63,243 bases of DNA, filler included, from Octopus bimaculoides (GCF_001194135.2; 6 parts of 6 records of this genome joined end to end with filler, not necessarily neighbours in it), one strand, 5' to 3'; shown: positions 1-13,123, numbered from the whole stretch's first letter. Numbers and translations: made by a program. Notes: a model not told the origin generated them from the letters alone.

Positions 1-95
<95 letters not shown>

Positions 96-112
96 GCATT
101 TGTATATATATA
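1..112. repeat. (TAA)n followed by (TA)n microsatellite
   Basis: Direct reading: about 20 TAA units, then a TA run. Confidence 0.95.
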
Positions 113-842
113 TTTATGTCTCGGCTGTATATAACTATGTACATGCGTCTGTACGTTTTAGTGTATATATGTATATTATAGATGGTTTAATATGTGCTCA
201 ATATATATGTAATCCAACATGAAAACTGTTTCATTCTTAAACGGATATAACTTTTAATGTATTAATTGATATATATTTTACAAATAATTAGTTACTCTAT
301 GTATTTATACTCTGTCCTTTTACAACCTTTTTTTGATTTAAGGTTTACTTCGATTTTATAATAATATGATTATATAACGAAATTTGTTCATTCCATGCTA
401 CCGGCCATTGTTAAAAACCATTAGTTGGAAGGACCAATGAAACAAAACCATTTTCAAATGTGTACCCATTAAACTAATTGTATATGTTTGCTTATAACCT
501 TATTTCTGTTCCATTGTAAACAAAACTATCCGACAAGCGGGAACATGGAACTCTGAGTAACAGATTTTGTGATATTTTTGTTGCTGTTCCATAAAGCATA
601 CTACTCTACCTCTGGTATTCGAGTACTATTTTCTCCACCTTGTTTCGCATTTATGTGCTTACTCTGGTATATATNNNNNNNNNNNNNNNNNNNNNNNNNN
701 NNNNNNNNNNNNNNNNNNNNNNNNNNNNNNNNNNNNNNNNNNNNNNNNNNNNNNNNNNNNNNNNNNNNNNNNNNNNNNNNNNNNNNNNNNNNNNNNNNNN
801 NNNNNNNNNNNNNNNNNNNNNNNNNNNNNNNNNNNNNNNNNN

Positions 843-1185
843 ACATCTACTTTGTGCAGGTTCCTCAGGCTCTTTGGGAGAATATTAAAAAGCTGTAGGC
901 CCCTGAAACCCAAACTGTTGCAGTAACTGGTCCTGAAGCGCGATGGCATTGCTGGGATCTTTGACACTATGCAGTGTCGTCCCGTTCTGGCATTGGTGTA
1001 GCTTTCAATGCCAAAATTTGTCACAATTCCCTCCAGGATCTTCCAGATGTATATTACTGCATACCTCTCCCGCCTTCTCTCCAATGAGTAGAGTCTTAGC
1101 TGTTTCAGCCTTTCCCAGTAGCTCAGCAGTTGCAAAGAGACAATCTTCTTTGTGAATCTTCTCTGGATTGCTTCAAGTTCCGTTG
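843..1185 (-). mobile_element. CR1/L2-group LINE fragment, ORF2 C-terminal region
   Basis: ORF 659..1195(-) reads ELEAIQRRFTKKI..LSYWERLKQLRLYSLERRRERY..IYIWKIL..NSLGFRGLQLFNILPKSLRNL, the typical post-RT motif of CR1/L2 ORF2. It runs into an N gap. Confidence 0.85.
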
Positions 1186-1579
1186 TTAATTTCACGCTGT
1201 TAATTTCATACTTATCAATATATATATATTATTTAAAAGAGTTCCAACTCTGTCTGTATTTTATGTTTTATTTATATTCTTATAAAATTAATGTGGGATA
1301 TAGAATATGGAAAATAGAATATAATATAAATAGTAAAATGAAATGAAATATTGAATGTCTTATTGAATATATGACATATTGAGTATTAAATATAGAGAAT
1401 TAAATATACAAAGGCTAGTACATACTTTCATGCCTATTGGCATTCATCAAGGTCTCGTCTGACAGACTGTAACAGACTGTCTGTTGGAACTCTTTTTAAT
1501 AATATATGCCTCTATACACGATTATACAAAACCATTTTTTTGTATATTTTTTATTTTTATTTATTTTTTAATTTTTATT

Positions 1580-1611
<32 letters not shown>

Positions 1612-1613
1612 TA

Positions 1614-1647
<34 letters not shown>

Positions 1648-1697
1648 CATACATACATACATACATACATACATACATACCTATATACATACATACA
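1580..1697. repeat. (CA)n/(TACA)n compound microsatellite
   Basis: Direct reading. Confidence 0.95.
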
Positions 1698-2399
1698 AGT
1701 AGTGAGTGAAGGAAGTGCTATTTGCTTGTCAGATATTAGAACAGTAGAACTGCGGCAACTTCACCCGATTAAAGCTGACAGCGAATTAATACAGACGGCA
1801 GCCCCCACCCAATAGTTTTTCGCGCTTTTTTCAATAGCTATAAAAACAGCGTCATCCGTCCAGAAAAAAGGGCATTCTGTTCTAGTCAATCGGTCAGCAG
1901 GAAACTTCAACGAGAATATAGCTATGACCAGTGGTTCGGAAGTTCACTAACCCTGACGGCATAGTTCGAAATGAACAACAGTGTTATTTCACTGATTTAA
2001 CGCCGTAAACCTCGGGATTATATTAAACTCGCATGGCGAATCCCATTATTCACTATGGACAGAACATGCCTGTTTAAACTTCTTACTACCTTTATCGCGG
2101 TATGCTTCTACACCTGTGTGTAATAGTTAGTACAATAACTTTCTTTCACTCCTACAGACAATAGTTGTCTAATGTCATCGCAACCTCAAACATTATGATG
2201 TTTGTTCTAATACAGCCTTCTGATGTATCTTCTCAATACGTCAGAGGTGCAACAGTGTCATTCATTTTTCACATTGTGTATTTATTTGGTAGCACAAAAG
2301 TGTCTCTGTTGCAAATATATATATACATATATAGGCAAGTTAAAATAATAGTCATTACATGTAATTCCTTTATTATAGCAAATTCGAACTACGGCTGTT

Positions 2400-3478
2400 T
2401 CCAGTCGACATTATAGATAAGTTTAGTCAATTAATCTATTGATCAATTGAAGCAAATTCAAAGACCTAAGAAAATTAATGATACATTCATCTGAGCCATT
2501 ACTGGGTATTTCCAGCAAGGCTCTGTCGAAGGTATCATTGCGAGCTTCACATCGACCCCAAAGAACGCTAAATTCGCAGCTATACTAATTATACCATCCT
2601 TTCCATCACATAAAAAATTACCTAAGTGAAACAACAATATATATGCAGTAGGAAAACTAGCAAAGAAACTCACAAATCCAACAACTAATGAAAGTAAATC
2701 AACACCATGTAAATAAAACAATTTCTTACACAATAGTATACAGTATCAACATACAACATATGGTAAGAATAAAAAAAAAAGGCGAATGGTATAGGGGAAG
2801 ACTTTGAATAAAAGTACACCTAAAGTCCAGGAATTTCTGTAATGAGTAAAGCTGTATACAGAAATGAAAGGGAATCTTACCCAAATTTTGGGAACACCAT
2901 CATCATGGCTTTGACAGGTAATTTGAGGCTTATCAAAATAATATTCAAACAAAGAAAGGACTTAGATACATCCAACTGTCCACAAGAAAATCATTCATTT
3001 AGGTGACCCGCCTTCTTCTTTGCGTCAATCCAACCAGCATATAAACTAAAAAGTGAGTAGCATAGATGCACCCAACCTGGGGGTAATAGCTTAAATCTAT
3101 TGAAGCATATTTCAAAGCACATAACCTGCAAATATCCCAACTTGTTTCATGTATAAAGAATATCTGTTATGTGCAAAACACAATAAACTTATCTCTCATC
3201 GTACCGTTACGCACTTTGTGTCTTTCAGTCCAAGAAACTATGCAAACCACCACAGTTTCTTCAGGATTGACCTTCTGATAGTATAGATTAAGAACAACCG
3301 CATCAATGTGACAGTTATAGGAAATTAGGTGTAAGTTGGTTTTCAAATCTCCTATTGAAAACTAAACCATTTCAAAATAAAATTTCTACCAACATTACCT
3401 TCAACGATTCCTTTCTATTTACAGTTGCATTTTCACCCCTATTATAGTAGCTATATTTGTTGTTCTATTTACAGTCAT
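2400..3478 (-). pseudogene. Possible decayed intronless rhodopsin-class (peptide-receptor-like) GPCR
   Basis: Minus-strand frames stitched over stops and frameshifts give MTVNRTTN (sequon), GIVEGN, PTYT..IDAVVL, YYPQ..FLVYMLVGLTQRR, YLSPF.FEY, NSWTLGVLLFKVFPY and LLSLVVGFVSFFASFPTAY, in 7TM order over about 1.07 kb. The T-rich strand also gives hydrophobic peptides by chance. Confidence 0.3.
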
Positions 3479-6400
3479 AAAGGATTTGCTTATCTTCTAA
3501 GAGGAAATATCTCCCGCATGCGTGTGCGTATGTGTGTGTATGTGTATGTATGTGTGTGTATGTATGTGTGCGTATCAATACACGCAGACGAGTATGTATA
3601 CATCTAAATATGTAGTGAAAATATGTGTCAATGTATATCAATTTAAACACACATGAAAACATATTTAGTCATGAATACATGAATGTATGGATGAATATAT
3701 ATATATATATATATATATATANNNNNNNNNNNNNNNNNNNNNNNNNNNNNNNNNNNNNNNNNNNNNNNNNNNNNNNNNNNNNNNNNNNNNNNNNNNNNNN
3801 NNNNNNNNNNNNNNNNNNNNNNNNNNNNNNNNATATATTTATATATATATATATATAATATATATATATATATTCATATATGTATGCATGCATGTATTAT
3901 GTATGTGTGTATGTGTATGTATGTTTACAAATGTATAATTATATAATGCACGTGCATATACAACTTATCAAGTGAACAATCACATTCTACTTATAAAGAA
4001 CCTAAAGAAATGACAACATTGAAAACATTCTGCTACAACATCGGCTACATCTACAGCCAGGATACTTAAAATCAATATAAAATTAATCATTGCTACAAAA
4101 TTGGGATAAAATATCAATGCAACATAAATCATTAGGAAAACGGTAGATAATTACTTTGGATATGTATCACATAATAAGAGTCCGTAGGAACGTTGGCTCT
4201 TGCGTATTTTCATTACTCAAATACAACTTCAGATGGCGTGCAGAAATTCTATTAAGTAAGATATTGCTCAGACAATCTTTAGATATAGAATGTATTTCTT
4301 GCATACTAGCAATAAATGAGATTGCAACATTTTTATGATAGTACCGGCACAGCTAAGCAGCACGCAGAAAACGTTCCTGTGGTGGATATATTAAACAAAA
4401 TATACTCCAACATGCAAAGCGACATAACGCATAAAATAATTCACAAAAAAATTCTTTCGGGGAAATAAATAACACAGTTTGTTTGCATGCATATATGTAT
4501 GCATGTATATTGTGTGTGTGTGTGTGTGTGTGAAAAATCGTTATTTGCACCGTGCACAGCGAGATCTGTAACGAATATTCACATATTTATTCTTCAAACG
4601 TCTAGTCAGGTTGAGAGGGAGAATATGTTGATAGCTAGAGTGTAGTTGATGGGAGACGAACTTCTCCTTTTTAGGAAGAGAGAGAGAGTGCTCAACACAG
4701 TTGGCTCATTTGCGTAGAACATTCTGGGACCCTGGGGTTTCTATATGTTAAAGTCTATGATGTGTGCAATATGATTATGTCCCACACGATACGCAACTTA
4801 TACAATAATATGATACTAAGTACATATATGTTCGTCCTCACTTTTTACTCCTCATGTTCTTGAGTAGCATACAAAACGACAGAATATAACATTACCAGCA
4901 AATGATGTTACCTAAACTATATTAAAATAATTATGAATAAGTGATATTTTATGTAAATATAAATAAGTGTAGTACCGGGCGCTATACATAATGGGATATT
5001 AAGATATCAGGATGAAATTTTACATACTATATTCTTTAGACCTATTACAGCCCTGTGAAATGCCGCACCCTAGTCTTCCCTTGTCCGTTATATTTAGATC
5101 TGTGCTGACAATCGTCTTTTGAAAATTATATATCAGGTCAGCTTCGGCTTCCCTCTCTCCTGCTCTTTTCCCATCATATGGTTTTCATGCCTGTATATTC
5201 CAATAAAAGTTTATCATTTCATGATACGGCCACGATATACTGTTCTGTTTTTCGTATTACTATTATTTCATTTAGTTTTTTACTCCTATTTCCTGGTTGG
5301 TGATTTTCTCTACATATGCCACATGCAGAGAATTGCGCAGACACATTTGATGAAATTAGTTCCGAATTTTTCTCAATCTTTTCTCAATAGATGTCATGAA
5401 TTAATGACATACAGACAAATACATAGGCCTATGTAACAGTAAAGTAAAATTATTTTATTTTAAATACTAATTTTTAAATAATAATTTATAACATTATGTC
5501 CCACAAATACTGTTGCAACTTTTCCCTGTTCCGATGTTGACCTCCTTCCTACCAGTGCCTGTTTCTGCACAAATTCTATTATCCAGATATGTGAAATAGG
5601 GTATATTTTCTACGATTTGGCAATTTATGACTTGGTAGAAGGTTTTGTATTTTATTTATTTTTTTGATAATTTTGCATTATTGGGGTAAATCAATTCCTC
5701 CATTAGGTATTTATCGATTTTATATGTGGTTCCAAACTTTCTTGTTTTTTTTTCTATCAACGCTAATCCATTCTTAAGATCAAAATCATGTAATATTTGA
5801 CTTTAACCCGTATTTGCTTGTGAATCGCTAAACCAATCAACCTGGAGAGCTATTAAAGTATGAAACGCTCTAGTTTCACATAAATTTCGGCAATGAAAAA
5901 CTATTAGTATGCATTGCCGTCATTGTGTTTACTAACTTTTCGAATATTTTATAAATTTTGACAATTTCTACATAACGTTTGTGTTTAGATGTATAACGTT
6001 TACAGGAAAACGATAGTTTTAATGAATACTGTTTGTTGAATTTTGCAATTTTGGTTAGCAATTGGAAATTGATATCAGATCTCCATCAGTTTCAGGAAAA
6101 TGCATATGATTTATTAGTAAAATTATAAACTTTACTTAAACCTGTGTAATGCACTCACAGAAAACTTCATGATCACCATACGAAGAAATATATCTGTCTA
6201 GGTTAAATAAAATTAATCAATATCGTATTTATTAGCAGATTCAAATTTAGTGATGTTTAAAGGGCCTGGTGTTTTCTTGAGCGGCAAAGCGATGATTCTT
6301 TTCACTAGTGCTGTATAGTAACATCCATTCTGAATTTGGAAGCCTATCAAGTATCCTCTCCAAAACGGTAGACTTGAATTTTTCTCTTGTCAACGATATA

Positions 6401-8099
6401 TCCTTTTCATGAAGTTTCTCCAATGTAATTTCTTCACTGTCCAAATAATGTGATGTCCGCAAAATCTCAAGAGATACAAATTAGTTTGATTCTTCTATCA
6501 AATCTTACTTTTTTTCCTTGCTCTCCTATCTTTGATCAAGGCCGGTTCGTACATTTTCTGGACTGTTATCAATTGATACAGCGTTACTCAATTCTTTTTT
6601 ACTTCTTTTTGGAAAGATGTTCTGTGTTTCTTTTTTTACCTGATCATCAATAAAATTTGCTTCTATTCGCGAAACGATATTTGTTCTACTTCCGTGTATC
6701 ATAGCTCTTCTTGAGCGTAATATTTGATATGATGCTTAAATTTTGCTCACCTTCCTTGCCTATAACATTACGTCTTGGCGATATTCACTACTTACTATGT
6801 TTTCAAGTGGGTCATCCCATTCAAATTTGGGTTGTCTTGATTGTATGTTTATTTAATTTTCTATTCTAATATCTCTTTCTGCATTCACTATACAATAGAT
6901 TATTCCAATCTAGTTGGTAATGTCATCGTATGTAATTTTCATTAGGTTTATTAATGTTAAAACCTTTTGTTTTAGTATTTCAAATATTTTGCCCGCAGTG
7001 TTATCTTAATAACTGATTTGTCATATCTGAAACGTATGAATTCCTACCTATAAACAAATAATGATTTCGTCTCTGGCTGTATTGTTCAACTTGGCAGCTA
7101 TGTAATGTATTTTAGCAGACAATAAATGATACAACCAAAATAATATCATGTAAGATTAGATTAGAAATAAAATAGACCGTTTTAGCTGAGGAAACCTGAA
7201 ACAATTCAGTGGCCAAACAAGATGTAGAAACATTATGGAAATGTAGAAATCGTTATGACGCATATAAGCAACCGCACTGGCATACTAATTCCTTTATGTG
7301 TCATAGATAATATAGTAAACTTATATCATGGGGGTAGAACTGTGATACCGATATTGCAGTCTTATATGGTTACATACTCATACACATTAAGGCACACGCG
7401 CATATATATATACACCTCTATAAAGGTATATTTGTATTACATTGACTAAATTTCGTAAAGATTTCTGAAAATTCAAACCAGTGACATGAGCAATAATGAT
7501 GCTACTAATTCCTATCCGAGATCATAAATTTGCTTCCTCTCTAGGTTGCGAATCACTGCATTTCTTCTTAAATTCAATAATAACTGTGAATGAACTTGTG
7601 TATTAATTTACTGCATTACGCTTCCTTCAAATTCACCCTTAAATTCAATTCATTACGACTCTCCTGTTATCAGATATCTGTGTAGTCTGCTGTCATTTCT
7701 CGACCTGCATCAGAAAACAAAGGATCTCAAGAAGTAGCTTGGTTATGTTCCTCATTTCATTTTCCGGTACTGTTGCTTTAGTCCAATTTCAGTGTAGATT
7801 TTCCCTTCTGTGGATTTCCCAACACATTCGATTACGAATTCTGTCAACACTGCAAACATGCACCTACTTCTTACAAGACTGCCGTTTTATACACTGAGGA
7901 AGGTCATCAGATAACACTAGTCAGTTCACGAAGATCACCCATCTTAGGCTATCGTCAAATCAAAAGTCACACGTACTACATATATATTTGATGAATCTTG
8001 GTGAAACTGTATTTATGCATATATGTAAATAATTATACATATGTACAGGTATGTAACCTTCAACAAACACAGTGACACACACAAACAGACATACATATA

Positions 8100-8152
<53 letters not shown>

Positions 8153-8182
8153 AATATATTCCTATATGTATGTATGTATGTA

Positions 8183-8241
<59 letters not shown>

Positions 8242-8244
8242 TTA

Positions 8245-8279
<35 letters not shown>

Positions 8280-8744
8280 GTAATATTAGGNNNNNNNNNN
8301 NNNNNNNNNNNNNNNNNNNNNNNNNNNNNNNNNNNNNNNNNNNNNNNNNNNNNNNNNNNNNNNNNNNNNNNNNNNNNNNNNNNNNNNNNNNNNNNNNNNN
8401 NNNNNNNNNNNNNNNNNNNNNNNNNNNNNNNNNNNNNNNNNNNNNNNNNNNNNNNNNNNNNNNNNNNNNNNNNNNNNNNNNNNNNNNNNNNNNNNNNNNN
8501 NNNNNNNNNNNNNNNNNNNNNNNNNNNNNNNNNNNNNNNNNNNNNNNNNNNNNNNNNNNNNNNNNNNNNNNNNNNNNNNNNNNNNNNNNNNNNNNNNNNN
8601 NNNNNNNNNNNNNNNNNNNNNNNNNNNNNNNNNNNNNNNNNNNNNNNNNNNNNNNNNNNNNNNNNNNNNNNNNNNNNNNNNNNNNNNNNNNNNNNNNNNN
8701 NNNNNNNNNNNNNNNNNNNNNNNNNNNNNNNNNNCATACATATA

Positions 8745-8804
<60 letters not shown>

Positions 8805-9650
8805 ATGTATATAAATATATATTCCTATATTTATGTATGTATGTGTGTAATTGAATCATTAGGTCTTTGACATAGCATTTAAAATTGTCCAAGTTTGTAT
8901 GTTGTGCTGTGCCAATTACTAAACAGAAAATGTAAAGCTACACTTGTTTAACGTATTTTTCGCTACGTTTAATAGATCTTTACTTCTATGAATTACAATA
9001 AAGATATTTTTTCAACCTATAAGGTTATTTTTAGGTATGTATCTCATTTATTAGTGGCTAAGTAAGTGTGTTATGGAATAAATATCGATTTTAGTTGCAT
9101 ATATAAAAAAGTCGGCAATTGAAATATCTTTCACAGTATTAAACTCAAATTGATTTGTCGAAGAAATGCATTTACCGGTAATTCGTGTCAATAGTAATTA
9201 GATTTACACTGTAAAATTATACTTTACCCGTATCAATTTTATTTTATTCTTGATATATATATAAAATCCCCATCAAACATATATGTATTTCAGTCTTACT
9301 GGATTTTTTGAATGCAGAAATATATATATATNNNNNNNNNNNNNNNNNNNNNNNNNNNNNNNNNNNNNNNNNNNNNNNNNNNNNNNNNNNNNNNNNNNNN
9401 NNNNNNNNNNNNNNNNNNNNNNNNNNNNNNNNNNNNNNNNNNNNNNNNNNNNNNNNNNNNNNNNNNNNNNNNNNNNNNNNNNNNNNNNNNNNNNNNNNNN
9501 NNNNNNNNNNNNNNNNNNNNNNNNNNNNNNNNNNNNNNNNNNNNNNNNNNNNNNNNNNNNNNNNNNNNNNNNNNNNNNNNNNNNNNNNNNNNNNNNNNNN
9601 NNNNNNNNNNNNNNNNNNNNNNNNNNNNNNNNNNNNNNNNNNNNNNNNNN

Positions 9651-9690
<40 letters not shown>

Positions 9691-9811
9691 GTGCATACAT
9701 ACATACATACATACATACATACATACATACATACATACATACATACATACATGCGTACATACATAGACTTACATATCTATATCATATCCTCTCTCTCTTT
9801 ATATATATATA

Positions 9812-11612
9812 TGAACTGAATTGAATTGAAGCAGTTTCAGCCCTCGAGCTGCGGCCTTGCTGGGGCACTACCATTTGGTGTTGCTACATAATTTTACTGT
9901 ACTGATTCATTTTGGAACTTGACACTTGGTGCATGAGGGAGTTTGACTCAGATGCCCTCATCTGCACTTGCTGCTGTAAAGTTGGTTCATCTGCGACTTT
10001 TGACAATAAGAGACCTAGTTTCTAATTAAGTTAATGCCCACAAGAGGCTATACACAGAGGGGACAAACAAAGGCAAACAAAGGGATTAAGTCGATTACAT
10101 CGACCTCAGTGCGTAACTGGTACATTTTTAATCGACCGCGAAAGGATGAAAGGCAAAGTCGACCTCGAAGAAATTTGAACTCAGAACGTAAAGACAGACA
10201 AAATTCCGCTAAGGATATCGCCCTGCGTGCTAACGTTTCTGCTATCTCGCCGCCAAGAGAGCTAAGAACTAAGAGACCTAGTTTTAATTAGAAGACACCT
10301 ACATCTACTCCATGCAAGTTTCTAAGGTCCTTCGGGAGGATATTAAGGAGCTGTGGTCCTTTAAAGCCCTGGCTGTTGCAATACCCTATCTTATATTTTG
10401 AAGGCAAAGTTGGAGTCTTTTGTACTATGTAATGGCGCCTGTTCTAGTGTTAGTGTGACTCTAAATAGAAAGTTTGGAACAAGTCCCTCCAGGATTTTCC
10501 ATATGTATATTATGGCTACATCTCTCCTGCCCGCGTTCCAGGGAATATAGTCTGAATCTCTTCATTCTTTCCCAGTAGGTTATATGCTGCATATAGACTA
10601 TCTTCTTCCGGTGGATTCGTTGTATTGTCTTAAGTTCGACAATTAATTTTACACTGGTTGGTGACCATAGCTGGGACCAATAGTTAGAGTGGCTTTGGAC
10701 AAACGTCCTCTAGAGGACCATCAAGTTTCCTGATCTCTCGTTTTGAAAGTTCTAAGAATCAGTTGCCTGCATTTCATTACCAACTTAGTAACATACCCAT
10801 GGAAGGATGCATCATTACTCAGGTAAATGACCAGGTCACATATTGACTGTATCTCTGGGAGTGCAATCCCTCCAGGTCCAGTGAATTTAATTGTTATTGC
10901 ATTTAGTTGTTGCAGTAAACTGCAGGTTATTCTTCTTAGCTCACTTGTATGTTTGATCTAATTCGCGTTGCAGGTGCATAGCCTATTTGGGGTTCTGTAT
11001 CACCTGTGAGACTTTTCTATCATCTGCATAACTTGTGATTGTGGTTTCTGTGTGACTGGGGCATAACTGCGAGGGCTATTATAAACAGTAATGGTCCGAA
11101 AACAGTGCCTTGCAGAACACTACTCACTATTTGCGTGTCATTTCAGGTAGCCCCATTGGCTACCACTACTTGATTTCGATCTTTCAGAAAGTCATGCAGC
11201 CACTCTCCCGATTTCCAAGCTATGCCGAGATCACGCCGTTTGTGACATATTCCATGATCAACTTTGTCGAAAGCCTTTGCAAAGTCGAGATGTTCACATC
11301 CACAGTTGAGTGTTTGAGCAGCTGTTTCAACATCCAGTCATGATGGCAGCTTCTTCCTGGTCGGAAACCATCTGTGTCAGCAAGTCAGATATTCAAGGAA
11401 GGTGATTAGTTTCCTCCTCGCTATTCGCTCCATGACTTTGTTGATGTGCGATGTCAGAGAGACATGTCTGTAGTTCTTGTCCTCTGTTCTGCTACCTCCT
11501 AATAAATGGGATATATTTTATCTTCCTTTAGCTTGCTTGGAAGTTTTCCAGTTGCAAGGAAGCTCTGGAAGAGAGACTGAAGTGGTCTTGCTAGGACTAG
11601 CTTACACTCAAC
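9812..11612 (-). mobile_element. 5'-truncated, decayed CR1/L2-group LINE (RT domain to 3' tail), interrupted by a SINE
   Basis: Manual translation: KLPSKLKEDKIYPIY..KNYRHVSLTSHINKVMERI, GFRPGRSC, DFAKAFDKVDHG, QGTVFGPLLFII, SYADD, then LPKDLRNLHGVDVGVF*LKLGLLLSKVADEPT. The 3' tail is at about 9812-9872. Many stops and frameshifts. Confidence 0.9.
10031..10254 (-). mobile_element. tRNA-derived SINE (family A) inserted in the LINE, with about 21-bp TSD
   Basis: Head GGCGGCGAGATAGCAGAAACGTTAGC..GTTCTGAGTTCAAAT; body shared with the copies at 57637-58763. Flanked by TAAGAGACCTAGTTT(C)TAATTA at 10007-10028 and 10270-10290. Confidence 0.9.
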
Positions 11613-11680
11613 TGGCACCCAACAAATCTAATCTTAATACACCATTAAAGTTAACAAAAGAAATATACATGTACACACCT

Positions 11681-11718
<38 letters not shown>

Positions 11719-11768
11719 ATAATAACAACAACTGGAGCAAAACGCATGTCGATGAAAGTTCCTTTAAT

Positions 11769-11858
11769 TCCTACATATATGTTTCGAACCAAGTGAGCGT
11801 CATTTCACAAAAAAAAAAGAAAGGGTTGCAGGAAACATCACTTGTTTCTCATCAGGGA
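11769..11858 (-). ncRNA. Type I hammerhead ribozyme motif with extended stem II (intact core)
   Basis: Minus strand: UCC-CUGAUGA-[GAAACAAGUGA..41 nt..UCACUUGGUUC]-GAA-ACAUAUAUGU-A-GGA. G10.1-C11.1 pair, palindromic helix III, GUA cleavage triplet, 3-bp stem I. Confidence 0.75.
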
Positions 11859-12032
11859 GAACATAATAAAACATTTAGTAGCAAGACAAAAACGAAATGA
11901 TGGGGTAACTTACGAGCTGAGATGTTACATGGTCAGTGACCGTTAGAACCTGCAAACGGTCACTGACCATGTAACATCTCAGCTCGTAATAACTTATGTT
12001 TTTGTCTTGCTACTAAATGTTTTACTATGTTC

Positions 12033-12119
12033 TCCCTGATGAGAAACAAGTGATGATTCCTGCAACCCTTTCTTTTTTTGTGAAATGGCCCTCACTTGGT
12101 TGGAAACATATATGTAGGA
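12033..12119 (+). ncRNA. Hammerhead ribozyme motif, second arm (C11.1>G lesion)
   Basis: TCC-CTGATGA-GAAACAAGTGA...TCACTTGGTTG-GAAACATATATGT-A-GGA. Confidence 0.65.
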
Positions 12120-12354
12120 ATTAATGGAACTTTCATCGACATGCGTTTTGCTCAATCTATTATTATTATCCATATATTCTCAAAATGTATCACGTTAACT
12201 CGGTATATCAACCTATAAATCGGCTGGGATATCTTGTTTTTAGTGTAATTTTGCTACCCCTGGTAACCATTAACGTATTCAAATCACCGAAAGTTTCAAT
12301 AACTGAAATAATATTAATACACATAAAATAATATACTATATATATATATATATA

Positions 12355-12454
12355 NNNNNNNNNNNNNNNNNNNNNNNNNNNNNNNNNNNNNNNNNNNNTT
12401 AATTAATTAANNNNNNNNNNNNNNNNNNNNNNNNNNNNNNNNNNNNNNNNNNNN
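12355..12454. other. Artificial scaffold-join linker N44-TTAATTAATTAA-N44
   Basis: Exact 100-bp pattern with a six-frame stop 12-mer, found five times in the window. Confidence 0.95.
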
Positions 12455-12579
12455 TTATGCTTTGAAAAGAGGAGAAATTGAAAGAGAGGAAAAGGGAAAA
12501 GGCGACATTTGCTTTGAAGTGAGATCAGAAAGTGAAACAAAGGTGAAAATGAAAGGTGTATGTACGTGTATATGAAATG

Positions 12580-12650
<71 letters not shown>

Positions 12651-13123
12651 GTAAAGGTGTGTGTTGTCATGTATGTATTTTCTGCATGTGTGTGTAAGTG
12701 GTACCCAGTTGCACTCTCTCTTTCTCTCTCACTCTTTCACACACATATCTTTCATATACATGTATATAAATACATATACATACATCTTTTTGTATGTATG
12801 TGTGCATGTGTGTGTGTGTGAGAGAGAGTGAGAGAGTGAGAGAGAGAGTGAGTGACTTATAACATATAGAGAAATGGGTGTCGTTTAATGAAATTTTTTG
12901 GTTGTGGTTTATTTTAATACAATAATCATGTGTACATTTTCATAAATGTTTTTCTGAGTAGAATTCTACGCATGCGTGAAACATGGGACGAAAGTGAAAC
13001 ATTAGAAATAGAAATATTACCCGAAAATGACCCCAAAATTGTGCCACCCGACCCCGTTTCCGAGGTTATTTTAGTAGTAATAGAGAGTTGTTCTGCCAAA
13101 AACATAGTTTATTTGGTAGCCTT

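Larger units (their letters stand above)
11713..12175. repeat. About 460-bp imperfect palindrome made of two inverted hammerhead-bearing (Penelope pLTR-like) units
   Basis: 11910-11944 is the exact reverse complement of 11955-11989 (10-nt loop). The arms keep pairing, with small indels, out to ATGGATAATAA / TTATTATCCAT. Confidence 0.92.

Noticed and set aside
2400-3400. Mitochondrial insertion (NUMT)
   Set aside because: Translation with the invertebrate mitochondrial code gave no convincing cox, cob or nad motifs.
6247-6900. Charged minus-strand ORF remnants, possibly a transposon
   Set aside because: No diagnostic motif recognised.
8085-8845. Near-identical sequence on both sides of the 8291-8734 gap
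   Set aside because: Most simply an unmerged contig overlap or allelic haplotypes around a microsatellite.
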